The notes under the pieces are model-generated. The model did no database searches, was not told the DNA's origin, and saw only the letters and a program-made list of their open reading frames with translations. From assembly GCA_965153455.1 (NCBI GenBank), contig OZ234494.1, forward strand, positions 9,548,001 through 9,612,000: a stretch of DNA of 64,000 nt. Reading direction: 5' to 3'. Shown in pieces: positions 1 through 14,049 of the stretch (position 1 is the first letter of the stretch; each line of letters starts with the position of its first letter). The DNA comes from Sphagnum compactum. Taxonomy: Eukaryota. Both the position numbers and the translations under genes were made by a program.

Positions 1-2970
1 GCTGCTACACAGTTCGAGGTGATAATAGACGACACCTGCTATTGCGCGATGGGGGGAAACTCTGACCACAGGCTGTTACGCCTATTGTTGAACATCGATT
101 GTAACTTTGTTGAGCCACAACACACAGTTGTAACAAATTTTTTTTAACCTAGGTTCAAATATGATAAATCAAAAGCTGAAGAGTATCAACTTGCCCTAAC
201 AACAAATCTTGGAAACCTATGGGTTGTTGACTCAATCGGGCATTTGGGGGCAAACGGGTTAGCTGACCTACTACAGCAGTGCGTGGGTGCTGCAGCAGAG
301 TCTATTTCTGGCAACAAGCCTTCGGGAGGAAACTGCAAAGCGCGACATTGCTATAAACCCTGGTTTGATGCTGACTGCCGTATAGCGAAGCGTGAGCTGA
401 GGTTCTGGCTGAAAGCCAACCCCGATTCACATGCCGTTAAACATCAGGCAAGTAAACTCAAAAATTTATTAAAAAATAAAAGAATTTTCTGGGAAACTTC
501 AAGAGCTCAACATATGTGTACGCTTGCCAAGGTGGATGCACTCTCGTTCTGGAAAAAGTACCGGCCAAGGGCACCCATTGTGGAAAAAATTAGTGTAGCT
601 ACGCTTTTGGAAGGCTTTCGCGGGCTAGTTGGCCAGTCTCCGCCACCCATACGGCTGCGAATTGATCACTCAGCCCAGGTGACGGAACCTCCACCTGGCC
701 ACACCCTAAACACAAATATCACACTTGCTGAACTGCTTCAGGTGCTGAAGAAACTACAAAGGAATAAGGCTGTTGGTTTGGATGGTATGAAAGCTGAGTT
801 CATTTTGGATGCGGGAGAGCTGCTACACATGCCACTATTGACAACGTTCAACTGCTTTCTGGCGGAAGGCTTTCTAGAAGGCCTTTCCACTGGGGTGGTC
901 CACGCGCTCTTTAAAGGGGGCGATGCCTCCAAATTTGACAACTACAGGGGGATAACTATTGGGCCTATCCTAGCAAAGTTGTTCGCTATGATCTTTGACA
1001 AAAGGCTGAGCGAGTGGGCTGAACAACATGGGCTGCGTGCCAAGGGTCAAGCTGGGTTTTGCAAAGATTACCTCACTACTGACCAACTCTTCATACTGCG
1101 AATTCTGATAGAACAGAGCAAGGCAAAAAAGAAGCCACTTTATTGTTGCTTTGTGGACTTCAAAAATGCGTTCGATACTGTGTCGTGTGAAGTGTTGTGG
1201 GAGGTGTTGGCTAGCCTCGGGGTGGAGGGACGCTTCTTATGATGCCTACAGGCAATGTATACCAAGGATACTGTATGCATCAACCACCCAAGCGAAGGTG
1301 TCACCTCCAGCTTCAGGTGCCAATAAGGTGTGAAGCAAGGTTGCCCTCTCAGCCCCCTACAGTTTGGGCTATATTTGGATGCCTTGGAGGGGCGCTTGGA
1401 CGGCAGAGAATGCGATGCACCGACCCTAGTAAACGTGCGTGTATGGTTGTTGCTTTTTGCAGATGACCTTGCTTTGACGTCGAAGTCAGAGGTGGGATTG
1501 CAGCACTAATTAAACGCGTTCCAGTAGTTCTGTGCTGAACGTGGACCTACAGTGAACGTGCAAAAAAAAAAAGTCATGGTGTTCAACTTTGCTGACCCAT
1601 GCCAAGAGTTTGTGTTTGAAGGTGATGCTATTGAGTATGTGCAGACCTTCAAATACTTGGGGATCCTGCTCGAGACCACCTTGAACCTGGACAGTGTAGT
1701 GGAACATCGAACAGCTGCCAGTAGGCGCTCGCCGTTCGCATTGAACCGCTGTTGTGCGGAGCTACGTATTATGGACGTCCAGTTATGCTGTGACCTCTTC
1801 AACACGTTGGTGCGTTCCACAACAGGTTATGCCTGTGAGGTTTGGGTGGATTCCAAGAAAATAGAGGCTATTGAAGTAATGTACCGAGGGTTCCTCAAGT
1901 CCTTGCTTAGGATGCGAAAAACAACTAGCACATCCATCGTGCTGGCAGAATTTGGCAAATTCCCCTTTGAACACTTTGCATGGGGACAAGCGCTGTTGTA
2001 TTATAACCGTGTGAGCACGGTCACTAAAGACCGCATCTTGGGCAAGGCATAGGAAGCCAACTCGCTATGCTTGCTGCGGGAAAGAACTGTTGGGCTAGAT
2101 CCGTGAAAAAATGGCTACTCAAGAATCAGCCCCAGGAGGTGGCAGGTTTTCTGCCTTCGGTTCAACCGTCGTTGGAAACGACGTTTAAGCCTGCAACGAC
2201 CCGTGTGCTCCAGGCGAAGACTGCTCAACCGCCGTTGGGAATGGCTCCTGCGACAATGCACATACACTCGACCTATCTAGCAGGGGTGACAGGCTGGGCG
2301 GAGAGCCAAATACTTTGGTGCTATGCGCACAACGTATGGGTGGGAGTTCAGATGGCTCAGCTGGCTGCGCTACAACTAGTGCAGCTGGTTGGTGCTAAAT
2401 CTATGACAGGAGGCCCAATCAACTAGGAGGCTGGGGCCCCACCCCCTCCAGGTTTTCCCCACACAATATTGAGTGTAAAAAGGGTGAAGGATAATATGCG
2501 GCTGGCTTACATTGAAAATCTTTTTACCAACCGCGAGATTGGGACCAGCGTGCAGACAAAATACTTGTGCTTCAAGGGTATGTTGTACGAGAGCGAAAGC
2601 TACTTGTGTGACATCAGCTGCGTTCAGCTACGGAAAGCTCTGGCCCAGTTTCGATGTGGTAACACACAGCTTAAGGTAGTGCTAGGTGCGTGGAAGCGCG
2701 TGCCATACGCAAAGAGGCTTTGTCGAGGCTGCGATTTGGGGAAGGTTGAGGATGAAGAACACTTGCTTTTTGTTTGTCCAAATACATAGAAAGTTAGGGA
2801 ACGCTTTTGTTTGGCCCTACCCCACACCCACACTAGCACTCTTACTGAGCTCATGCAGATTACGAACACGGTCGCCCTGGCCAAGTTTGTGGCATGCTGC
2901 TAGTACCAGAAGACCTCCATGATCTACCTTTCGTCTAATGGACTCTTTGGTCCCAAACGGATGTAAAATG
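1..2970 (+). mobile_element. Degenerate non-LTR retrotransposon (LINE, RTEX/RTE-like): end of APE endonuclease, RT, C-terminal CCHC zinc finger; copy 1, cut by window start
   Basis: RT motifs KAVGLDG, NYRGITI, QAGF, CFVDFKNAFD, GVKQGCPLSP, LLFADD, FKYLG; C-terminal RLCRGCDLGKVEDEEHLLFVCP. Many stops and frameshifts (e.g. TGA at 1240). Confidence 0.92.
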
Positions 2971-4509
2971 TAAACAGTACTATGTATTGGCAATTTATTT
3001 ATTTTTGATTTTCAACATCATTCCTAATCCTTTTTCTTTAAATGAATTTACACTTACATATTATATGTTTTTCATTGTTTATCTAGTAAATGTCAAGGGG
3101 GATGACCTCGATTTATTATTGAGACAATAAAAGGCAAAAATAGATTTGTTTTCTTGACATCAATGGTCCTTTAAGACTTCTTGTTCTTGACTTTTAAATT
3201 CATAACTAAATGGTAATTATTTCAATAAATTATATGTAAAATAAATCAAGTAATGGGCATTTGAAATAATTAAAAAAAATAAGGGAAAAAAATCTTTTAA
3301 AGTTCTTGATTGAAAAAAAAATTAGATTACACACTTGAAACTTTTTTCTTGTGCATTCATTGTCCACATTAATTTTAAGAAATATATATATAATCAAAGT
3401 TTCAAATTCTAAATGACTTAAATAAACTTCTCCTAGAAAAATAAAATGAAAAGCCTTCATTAAGTGAATTCCATATTGTTTTGAAATTTAACAAGTCTAA
3501 AAGATTTGGGGTGTGACATTCGTAATGGGTCCACTCAAAGATGCCCATGCACTTTCAAGAACATCGAGATTGGAGACATGTTGCCAACCTCCTTGTTGAG
3601 AAGCCAGCCAGCTTTTGCACAACAAGGAGAAAGGTCCTCCTCTAGTCTAACTAACCTTTGTTGATTTGCTAATTAATTATTCTTCCTCTAGTCTAACTTA
3701 CCTTTGTTGATTTGCTAATTAATATCTTAATCTTTGTCAAATGGACAAATAATTAAAAATGGTTTGTTGATTCTCAAATTGAAACTTTGAAATTTAATTA
3801 AATATTCAACGATGGATTATCAAATTTGTCCAGGTATTGTATGTGGTGGACATCAATTGTGGGGACCATCAAAGTTTTTTTTTGTCCCATTTGTGATAGG
3901 CATCTTTGATTGGTCCATGACCAAAAAGAATTTATTCAAGCTTTGGACAGGCAAGCTGTTTAATTACACATGAGGTGCCCAGAATTTTCAAGAATTTTCC
4001 AAGAACTATGGCTTTGTAAATTGGGGGGCTTCCTTGGCTGACAAGAGACCAGGGTGAACTATCACCCACACTGATAGTTGTCACCTTCTTGAGTAAGCCC
4101 GTAAGTTGCCAAATTAAACCCAAGAAATGTTACATTTGTACTCAGAAAATGGGTGGGTCGATGTAATCAATTCATGGTAGATGTTTTAACTATGCTTGGC
4201 TATGTCATATGTTTCAAATAAAAAGGTGTTGTATATGGTGGTTAAAGATCATTTCTTTGAATGTAAAGCCTTGGGTTTAAATCATTTCCCTAATATTTGT
4301 CTTTTCTTTAGGACTAACTAGTGTGCCTATGTCAAGAGTGAACTTGTTACCCAAGCAATTTATCCTTTCAAGTTAAATTCACTAGAATTTCTTGTGACAA
4401 AAATTGCTTCAAAATTCAATATCTTCCACAACTTAGGTCTAAAGATTATGAAATCAGTTCAACTAAATCTGAGCAATTGAGGGCTTTTCAACAATATCAA
4501 GAATATGTT
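1..4509. repeat. Left arm of large inverted duplication (partner 34802-40330)
   Basis: The LINE and its 3' flank match the reverse complement of 34802-40330. Near-identical ORFs 3932-4123(-) and 35189-35380(+). The match ends at ...caagaatatgtt (4509). Confidence 0.95.
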
Positions 4510-4741
4510 AAAATTCCTTAATAAAAATCAGTTTTGATTTTGTTGAATTTTCATTGACCAAATTATTCAATATTCAATATCTCTTCCAATGTAGGTCTAA
4601 ATACTACCAAACCATCTTAATGCACCCCTAGTCATTAAGGGCTTTCCGATAGTACCAAGAGCATGACACAAATGGGGGAGGGGGTGTGTTTTGGGAGATC
4701 TCAAACGTGACAAACAAAACAAACTATCTTCTTTTAATACA
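4318..4741 (-). mobile_element. Non-autonomous Helitron-like element (same family as 11700-12181)
   Basis: Minus-strand 3' end ...cataggcacaCTAG|T at 4318. Shares gagatctcccaaa and other internal motifs with 11700-12181. The 5' end is degraded. Confidence 0.55.
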
Positions 4742-5044
4742 TGGGTGAAAACACATTAGAATATTTAATGAAGACATTTAAGACTCATTTGTGAAAGTTC
4801 ATTTCCAATGTATTTGAAATTTTGTTTAAAATATTTTTAAAATAAAAATGATTGAAATTAACATTTTCTTTTTCATTTCCAATTTCAAATCATTTGAAAC
4901 CCTATGCGATAAGACATTTTTAAATCATTTATAATTTCAATTCATTTCAATTCATTTCAAGTCAGGATACTATAAGGCATTTTAAAATCATTTGAAATCA
5001 TGATGCTATTGAAACTTGTTTTAAGGAATTCAACAAACAAATGT

Positions 5045-5600
5045 CATGCACAATCAAGTAGGAATCAAAATTTAGTCAATAGACACTCTATGGATTTGTC
5101 CAAATTATCATTATAAAATTTCATGCCTCTGAAAAAACGTGGAAACACCATTTGCTTTCAATCATTGTCTTTTTTATAGACAATGCATAAGTTAGAACTT
5201 ATTTCAAATGAATTTTGCAAACAAGTTTGTAGATCAAGGTGGGAATCAAAATTCATACCTTGAGGCTTTCAAGATAGACAATGGATTCAACCGATTCATA
5301 TTATGACCGAATTGTCAGCAAATCCCAAAAAAGTGACAATATCTCTTGCACTAAGCATCATGTGGGGTAAGCTTTTAGTAGTTGTCTGTTCATAGACAAC
5401 ATAGATATGACTTGGAAATTTGAACTTATTTAAGAAAAAATTAGCAAATTAGCATGCACATCAAGGTAGGAATGATATGTGTATGTTGACAATATCAAAA
5501 GAGATGGTTGATTCAAACCAATTATCATGCTCATGAAGATGTTAGTGAATACTACAAGTGAAAGCATCTTTTATAACTAAGATGATGAGGTGTAAATGAG
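5045..5600. repeat. Degenerate ~200-230 bp repeat units, recurring at 6190-6260, 13570-13689, 17186-17530 and 18290-18465
   Basis: Recurrent motifs tgcacatcaaggtaggaat, gcatcatgtggggtaa and gacttggaaatttgaacttattt. Confidence 0.6.
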
Positions 5601-6278
5601 TGTTCTGTGGTTCATTTCTAAAAAAGAGAACCTTTGGTTTCAATTTGGTTTTAAAAAAAATAAAATTGGAGCTTCTTCAGGTGTGAGTTTGAACCTGGTT
5701 TTTCCCGTTTAAAACCTTGCAGTTTTGATTTTCACACAATTTTTTCAAATTCAAGAACCTCTGGGTCTAATTCAAAACCAAGTTTGGTTCCATATAGATG
5801 TTACACATTTCTCTATGCTAGATATTGCACAGATAGAAAGTTTTATATCAAATAAAAATCAGGGTTTATGTAGATGTAGAGTTGAACAACAAATTGAAAA
5901 TTAATATTCAACTTTAAATTTGAGTCTACTTGTCAAATTTTCAAAAAAATTCAACTTGTCTACTTAAAGAATCTGCCCCTCTTTATAAGAGTTTTTTCAG
6001 AGTTTCGATTTTGAGTCTGGATCAAACAAAAGACTATTTTCAATGTCCAGTTCTTGTCAGTCCCCACAAAACGACATGAGCTCAACTCCAGGTCACAAAA
6101 ACTTGACCCTCAACCCCCCATTCTAACACTGAAATCTGAATACCATCACAACACTGGTCTGGACTTGGAGGACATATTTCCTTTTGAGGCAACGACTTCT
6201 GAAGTTGGAACTTATTTGGAAGAAATTCAAGAAACAAGCGTGCATGTCAAGGTAGAACAGGCCTACCTTCTTTCATCC

Positions 6279-6654
6279 TGTCACAGTGAACCAGCACTCA
6301 CCGGTGCCCCATGAAGGATGAATGGTAAAGTGATCAGGAAACAGTTTTCTGTTGGGTTCCAGTTCCCTAGCTAACCATCGTGGTTAGCTCAATTGCTTTT
6401 TTCTTTTCTACCTACCTACTAACAACCCACAAGCAGGTTGTTAGTAGGTAGGTAATAAAAAGGGCCCCTCACCTATGTATAATCCATCTACTTACCTAGT
6501 AGTTACCTATTTTCCTACCTATCTGCTTATATATGAGAACTATTTCCTACGGAATTGGTTACCAAGGTGAAACCAAATATTAACTCAGTTGAGGTTCATC
6601 CACAATTTATTATTAACGGACATCCAGTGGATGGTGTGCTGCTTCACTGTGGCC
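6279..6654. mobile_element. MITE with ~19-bp TIR and 9-bp TSD (Mutator-like)
   Basis: Left tgtcacagtgaaccagcac and right gtgctgcttcactgtggcc are imperfect inverted repeats. Perfect TSD ctttcatcc at 6270-6278 and 6655-6663. Confidence 0.8.
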
Positions 6655-9618
6655 CTTTCATCCTCTGTTCTTTATGAAGGTGAATCTTCCTTACATTAAA
6701 AGGGGAAGTGGTAGAATGGTCTCACCCGCTTTCATCTTCCATACTATCTGAAAGTGAATCTTCCTACACTAAAAGGGTAAGCAACTCATGGCTGCTTCCC
6801 ACTTGGGAAGATATGTCACTTAAGAAAATATCCCACTTAGGAAAATGGCTGAAATAGTGTCCAAACAATTTACTTAAATGACAGAAAAGCATTCAGATAA
6901 AATCTGTAGTGTATTTAGAGGGCACCTCATATGCATCAAATTCCCTCCTAGAAAATGGGAGGGATATTATGCCTACTCCTCTATAGTGGGAGCAACTCAT
7001 GGGTGCCTCCCACTATTGAGGAGTAGGCATAATATCCCTCCCACTCCTATGCCTTGTGATCTACATAGGTTTGGTTCATGATAAATTTTGCTTTATGCTT
7101 TAAAATAGGTAAAGCCCGTGGGTGGAGGACATTCCCAAAATGCACACAGGGCTGGACTCCACTATTGCCTTGTCCTAGGCCCTTTATTGTGAGAATGCCC
7201 CCATCCTAGGGCTTTTACCCTACACATAAGTTAATTGACATGAACAAGAGTCCACTTCTTTGACGGCCAATTTTGCATGTGAAAAGGCTTCCCTCTGAGG
7301 TTGAGAGGTTGTTCACTGGTTTGTGAGGTGGGGCCTCATATGTCCATACAAACCCCACTGTATTTGGGTGGCCATTTCCATCACTCAAATTGTGAGTCGC
7401 TGGGTCATCATGTCATAGTTGTGGTCAAAGGATGGCTGAATCTTCCGAGTTGAGAATAGAGATCCATGGAGATTCATTGCCTACTACCCCCCTCCAACTA
7501 GATCTGTGGTGAAAAGATTTTATTTTATTTTATTTTGTGACGATAATCTTTTCCCAAAAAACACGAAAAACATGACAGAATATTCCTATTTCATTATTCT
7601 TTTTTTTGGCATTTGTGTGAATTTTCACACAAACAAACCAATATGGCTGATACCCAATTGTTTCAACACAACAATGCCACAGAAGTTCATGAACCTATAA
7701 CAGTTAACCCTTAAACCAAGTATTAAAATTAAACACAATTCACCAATGATGGGCATCATGTAGACATGTAGGGGGGTCAGTTTTTTTCTTTGGGGAGGAG
7801 TGATTTTTTGTTTTATGTCTGTTCCCAATGTCTGTTCCCTAAGATGTTTCTAACAATACCTCATTTTTTATCCCATATTGTTTGACCATAGTTCAACTTC
7901 CAGGTATATAAGTTGTGTGCAGATTGGGGGGCGCAGGGAGGGCATGACAAAGCATGGTTTTTTTTGGGGGGAGGGAAGCATATTTAGGCTTCTACGTTAG
8001 GGAGTGCCCCATGTTCCAAAAATATTGATAGGCCAATACAATGGCTCCTTTAAAATTTTAAAAAAAAACCTAACTAACTGTAGGCGCACCCACTTCTCAC
8101 TAATAAATAGAACTATGAGTAAGTGCCCCCAGTTTATAATGGAGGTCAGATTGTTCAACAGAACTCATGCAAGATGACTTCCCCTGAGCAACGCCAAAGG
8201 CCGTTAATCTACTCCTAAAAACCTGCTGGTCCATCAAATAGTGCCCATAACAAATTGTGTAGGGTAAAGCCCTAGGGGAAAAAAGATTAGGGGCCCTATG
8301 TCCATCTATTAGTGCCCACAGCAATGTGTGTAAGGTAATGCGCCAAGGTAGGGGCATTCCCTAAATAAGGGACCAAGGGTGATGTGGTAGACCAAGTGTA
8401 GCCTCACATTTTAGGAATGTTCCCTCACATATGGGATTTACCCATTGTAAAGCACCACATGCGAGTTACCATGGACCTGAGCATATGTAGTTCACAAGGC
8501 ATAGGAAGAGTAGGGTTCTTAGATTGTAAGCATAAGATTCCTAAATTGGTGTAAGATCCTTCCCACTCTTAAAGAATAGGCGCATGAAACCTTGAATTTT
8601 CATGGATACAAGGTGCCATGTGAATTCACTAAAATTTTTTCTCTGAGTTCTTTATGACTCTCAAAATTAATTTCAAATATGACTCTGAAACCTTATTTTG
8701 GAACCAACGTTGCTTTTGTCCAGAATATAACTTTGAGAGCTGCAATAACATGTAAAGCACTGGAAGACCATGTTCTAACATATTTGAAGAACACGTAGGG
8801 TTTCAAAGTTCTTGTCTATCCACTCAACATCCCAATCCATGGTTAAATGGTTTAATTTTAATGGAATTTATTTCCTATAGAAAAAGAATCTAGAAAATAG
8901 GGCTTGCTTTTGCGTGATATCAAAAATTTGGACAGAAATTTAGCAAAGTTAGTCGAATTTACACTAGAAAATAAAAGAATTCAAAAAAAATTCCAAGTAT
9001 CTCTTTTGAAAAAATGACAAATTTTTCTGGGAAAAAGTAGATTCTCCCAAACGTAGACCGACGGTTTAGCTGCACTTGCTGAAATTCTCATAGTGGCCGA
9101 TGTCCAATGCATTTGCGGGCGGCGGATTGTGTTTTGTGCTGGGAATGTACCATACCATAGCACTTTTCTTTTTTTGGGGGATGGCGGGGCAAGGGGTGCG
9201 GAAGTTGTGTGTTGGGATAGGACCCGTGCTTGCTTGCTCACACCATGAGCAAGCAAGCAGGAAGGCTCTTGCAAGCAAAGCAAGCAGGAAACATGTTAGC
9301 AAAAGGTGATCGACCATTAGGGGACCTACAAAAAGCAACTCAGACAACTCAGACACGAAGTATTTGGAACACAACCATCCCTGCCAGCAAGTGCAACGTT
9401 TTTTTGTTTTGGGCAAAAGGAGAGGGCATTTACCAAACTTTATTTAAAAATAAATTCGGGATATTATAATCCCGACTCTAGAAAGTCCGATCAACTGTTG
9501 CAATCATAGAAGAGATTAAAAGAAACAAGCAGCAGTTGTGGTCATTAGTTTTCGGACATGGAAATTGCTGCAGAATGCTCAACAGTCAGTTTGGTGTGCC
9601 CTGCTCCCGCCCCCTGAG

Positions 9619-10246
9619 TCACTCGACTCGGTCCTGCTCCTCCTCCATGTTCCCTGTGCAATGATCACCCAAAGCCTACTTTTCAGTTTGATTTGCGCAC
9701 AAGCAGATTGCTCTGCTCCCGCTTGTACAGTTGCAAATAATAACAAATGAATCCATACGTATCTAATTCAAATAACAACCAAAGAATGGAAGGAGGTAAG
9801 AATCTATGATCGACAATAGACGCTCTTCTTGCATGCAGTATTCCTCCACCAGACTAAAAGAAAAACTACGATAGAAGCATTTGGATCATGCGTTGAGAAG
9901 ACTGAATTACACTACAGAAAGTGCACATAACTCTCCTATGCGTGTATAGAAATTGGTTGCCTGGTGGAGGAGGAACTCGTTCACGGCGGGCGATGAGCTG
10001 GAGGATCGCGACAAGCAAACTGCCAGCCTCGATAACAGTGCGAATCCCTTCGAGGGCCAGCATCCACGAGTAGCACATCGCGGCAAACTTTCTCTCCCGC
10101 CAACCTTGACGTGTAGAATGAGCAACTAGCCTGCAAACAACTTCCAGCTTCTCTCGTATCAATCGGATTCTGAGAACACAAGCGCTTCTGTCGCAAGAGA
10201 AGAGTGTTTGGGCGATCGCTTTTAACGACACTGGCAACGATACCAT
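9619..10246 (-). CDS. Candidate small spliced ORF in a CpG-rich island (unassigned)
   Basis: gccATG|gtatcg donor at 10243, ttgcag| acceptor at 10131. Possible ~50-aa products. No recognised family. Confidence 0.2.
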
Positions 10247-11699
10247 GGCGAAGAGTAGGAGAAAGTGGTGGGGGAGGGAGTATGGGACGGGGAGGCAGAC
10301 GAGGAGGTGGACAGTAAGGGGCCTGAAAAGTAAAAGAGTCAACAATGTCCTAAAGAAAGGAGTAGATTATCATAAAAAAATAAAATGACAGGGGGCATTC
10401 CCATGGGCTCATGAATTTAAATATTGTCGATTTCTACATCATGAGGGCTGATGAGGCGGATCTGAGGGCGTTCGGTTCAGAAAGCTCGCAATGGTATGAT
10501 CAGTGGAACAAAAAGATGTCTTCTCAATGCTTTCTCACTGCATCTAGGTCCCACTTCCTTGGTCAGGAGGAGAAAGGGTCGTCAACCCAAGTCCGTGGAA
10601 TAGGAAGTTGAAGAATAGGAAGCGGGGGTATGCTTGGACGGCCATGCAAGTTCGTCGAGAAAGGGAACTTCTATATCATTTCAATTGTTACTATTATTAT
10701 CACCAATAGCTAGTTTTTGTGAAATTGCGAAATTTTTGGAAGGTGACATAATGAAGGAATGTGCAAGCTCAATTCCTCAGCTGTCCATCCTTTTTCTCAA
10801 GCTGTTCCTTAAATTGTGCATCAAGATGTAATTTTTCATCCATTGTGAAAAGTTCCTGCCCAACTTTGATCCATTATGGAAATTTTATTCATCCATCACG
10901 CAGTTTCAAATTTTCAACTTGCATCTATTGGACAGCCTTTCAAGTCAAGTTTGCTTACTTTTCGTCCATTACATACAACATCCAAAATCTTTTAAAATAT
11001 TTCAAGCAAATTGACTACGAATGAAGATTTTTTGAAATGAATATCCAAGTTCAATTTGGAACACATGTTTTCCATGGTCAGTTCCCCTACTAGAAGCATG
11101 GGCCCATTTTGCTTACCTCGCTTGACGCCCTGCCGCCACATCCGTTCTTCAGCCGGGTAAGAAGGAGAAGGCCACGTTGCTCAGTCGAGGAAGGGTTCGT
11201 TGCCCCTTCTCCAGGTGGGGACAACCCTTGTTCCTCACCTCGTGAATACCTTGCTGCCGAAGCAGAGAAGGGGAAGGCCACGTTGCGTGGCTAAAACAGG
11301 CTCTTGTATAAGGTCCGAGCTGTCAGGGAATCACTCGGTTGGAGAATCGTCGACCTCGGGGCCCACACAACCTGCCATGGGACTTACCCAGTAGGTAGGT
11401 TTGATTAAAACTTGCAGATTACGAAATAAATCCCTTTTTGGAGTCCTATCCAAGCTCCCCGGCCTAGGGCTCTCACTCACAAACCAACAAACAAATTGTC
11501 GAAAGTCACGTTATCACAAAATAATCCTGCATGCGAATACAGTAGTACCTTGCCTCCTTAATTTTCGCTTTTTGTTACGTTGCCAAATTGCTGAAGGCCA
11601 CCTAGCTTGACCATCCTGTCCCTGTTGACAAGGCACAACCAAAACTCAATTGTCTTCTAGGGAACTGTTGCATTTTAAAATTTGAGATACAGTCATGTA

Positions 11700-12181
11700 T
11701 CTATGAAGTAAGGTAATTTTTCACATTGAGATCTCCCAAACCATGGCACTTCATGTCACACTCTTGGTTTCTTCAGAAAGTTCTCAATGAGTAGGGGTGC
11801 ACCAACTTGGCTGGAGAAAATTTAAAGCTGTGGTGTGGAAGTTATTCATTATTGAATCATTTTTAAATGAAAATTAAATAAAATCAAAACTTAAAACTGT
11901 ATTGGAATTTGGGGGTGTTCTTGGTATTGTTGGAAAGCTTTCTGCGAGTCAAAGTTAATAGAGTTTATTTCACAATTTTCAAACCTACAGTGTGGAAGAT
12001 ATTGATTTTGGAGTGGACTTTGTTGTTGCAAATTTAAAAAATTGCAAAATTTGGGTTTGAAAGGAAAAATCAATTGAGCCCTCAATTTTGGAACATTGCC
12101 AAATTTTAAAATTTTCAATTCTGAAAATGTGAAAAATAGAAAACATATTCACATTTGGGCCAATGGCATAGGCTACACTAG
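11700..12181 (+). mobile_element. Non-autonomous Helitron
   Basis: A|TCTATGAAG 5' end, ...gggccaatggcataggctacaCTAG|T 3' end with a degenerate GC hairpin, A-T target, no TSD. Confidence 0.7.
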
Positions 12182-12479
12182 TATACTTGAAGAATGAATT
12201 ATCATTATTCAAGTACTGTTGAAAGAATTTGACAAAACTATTATAGTTTCCCATGGGGCACCACTAGGCTACTTTGGGAAAGACCTTTACTTTGAGAATG
12301 CAAGCCCAATATCATATAACCCCCCTTGTGATCTTTCAAATGATCCAAGGATTATTCAATTTGAATAAGGTTTGATTCTTCAAATTTTCCTTGGAATATC
12401 TAAGGTTTTGAAACAATTTTCATTTTCTTTCACCTATTTTTTATTATTAGTCTGAGCACACTTTTGTTCTAGATAGGAC

Positions 12480-13375
12480 TCTGTTTGCCCAAGCTTTGGC
12501 CACTGCTCCCCATTTGTTTTTGGGTGGGTTTTTTGGGATGGGATATGAACATCTCTTGGGATGCTTCATACCAAAAGACCGATCCTCAGGGTTTTCGAAA
12601 CTATTTTAGGCTGCTACTGTTATTGCTCACGAGACTATCCTTAAATTAGTGGCCCTAGTGCTAGGGCTAACAGATTATTGGCAATGGCAAAAGACACTGG
12701 CGGTCTTCATTCTATTGTCGTAAGCGAGGTGTTTCTTCATTTTATTAATCAATCCATTGTCCTATAGTTTTAGGGGCCATTTTAGGAATACCTATCCCCC
12801 CATTAGTTTGGAGTATCAACCCTTGAAGGTTGTGAGGCCATCCCTTTTGGCATTTGAGCCTTCCTTGACCTACACCATGATTGGGTTGTGATGTAGGTCG
12901 ATGTTAAAAATGTTTTTAATATGTTTCTTAAATTGTTATTTTTAGAGAGTTGCGTGATGTCGAGGGGCTTCTGGCAAACACCTTTACCAGGTTGTTTTAT
13001 GGTGCTCATTCTTTTATCTATTACTAGCATGGGTGGCATGTGGAGGGGGTCACCATTATTGAATCATCTTTAGGCACGAAGTCGAGTGACCCCTTAAGAG
13101 GTCTTTTGTTTGCTTTTGCCCTTTATCGAACTCTTCTAAAAACCATTGTGCGGGCCCTTAACTACATCATTCCATCCCTAGCAAATGATACCCACATCAT
13201 GGGGCCTTTGAGTGAGTTTATCCACGCCTTTGACCACCTTTCAATTCAATTAACCCTAGTTGGGCTTATGGTCAAGGTGTCAAAATGCAAACTTTGGAAA
13301 CCATCAAGGATCTCTCCAGGCATAAATTTTTTTCAAGGCTACACCTTGGTCATAGATGGCTTACGCATTTTGGGT
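12480..13375 (+). mobile_element. Degenerate RT fragment of a CRE/SLACS-like non-LTR retrotransposon
   Basis: Reading through stops gives LLAMAKDTGGLHSIVVSEVF, FGVSTLEGCEAI, VDVKNVFN, SSLGTKSSDPLRGLLF, SLANDTHIMG. These match CRE-type GGxRPIxxGE / QFGV..GGxEA / DxxNAFN / GxxQGDPL / YxDD motifs. Confidence 0.7.
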
Positions 13376-14049
13376 TTTTATTTTGTTTTTTTCCACTTTT
13401 GAAAAAACATGGAGCATGTTTGTTTTTAGTAATGTTTTCTTGAAACTTTGAACAATTTGAGTACATGTTAGTTTAGGAATTGGAAACAGATTTAGACTTT
13501 CAGTGTTCAAGTGTACCTATTGTTGTTTTAGGTACCTGTTATTGGAAATCTTAATGGGAATAAAAAAACCTGTCAACAAAATCTAATCAATAGACATTCT
13601 ATGGATTTAACAAAATTATCACTATAAAATTACGTCTCCTTTAAAATAAAAAAACCATCCTTTGCAATTGAGCATCATGTGGTGTAAGCCAATGTTGGGT
13701 GGTTTTCATTTTTTTGTGAGAACCGGTCAGTTTTGGGTTTTGACATCATATTATGAGAACTTAATCAATTTTTTAATATATATATTTTTTGGGGTTGGTG
13801 AGAATTGATCAGGGTATCAAGATTTACAAAATTTCCAAATTCACTCGGTTTTCAAATAGGGCAACTTTTGCATATACAATAACATATATGGTTTTCAAAT
13901 CTGGTTTTGACAACTGGTTATTACATTTTCCAGAAATTAAAATTCCATTTAATAATTGATGAATAATTAATTATTTTTATTAATTTATTTATAAAAAATT
14001 AAAATGACGAAAATAGATGGAAACTTGTAAAAAAATGTGATGCAAAATT

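Noticed and set aside
3932-4123. 63-aa ORF conserved at 35189-35380
   Set aside because: Conservation is explained by the inverted duplication; non-ATG start and no recognised motif.
5598-6050. GGTTC/GAACC-rich stretch resembling hAT subterminal repeats
   Set aside because: No matching second TIR or TSD found.
6700-8650. Moderately GC-rich decayed sequence, possibly retroelement-derived
   Set aside because: No diagnostic motif in the frames I read.
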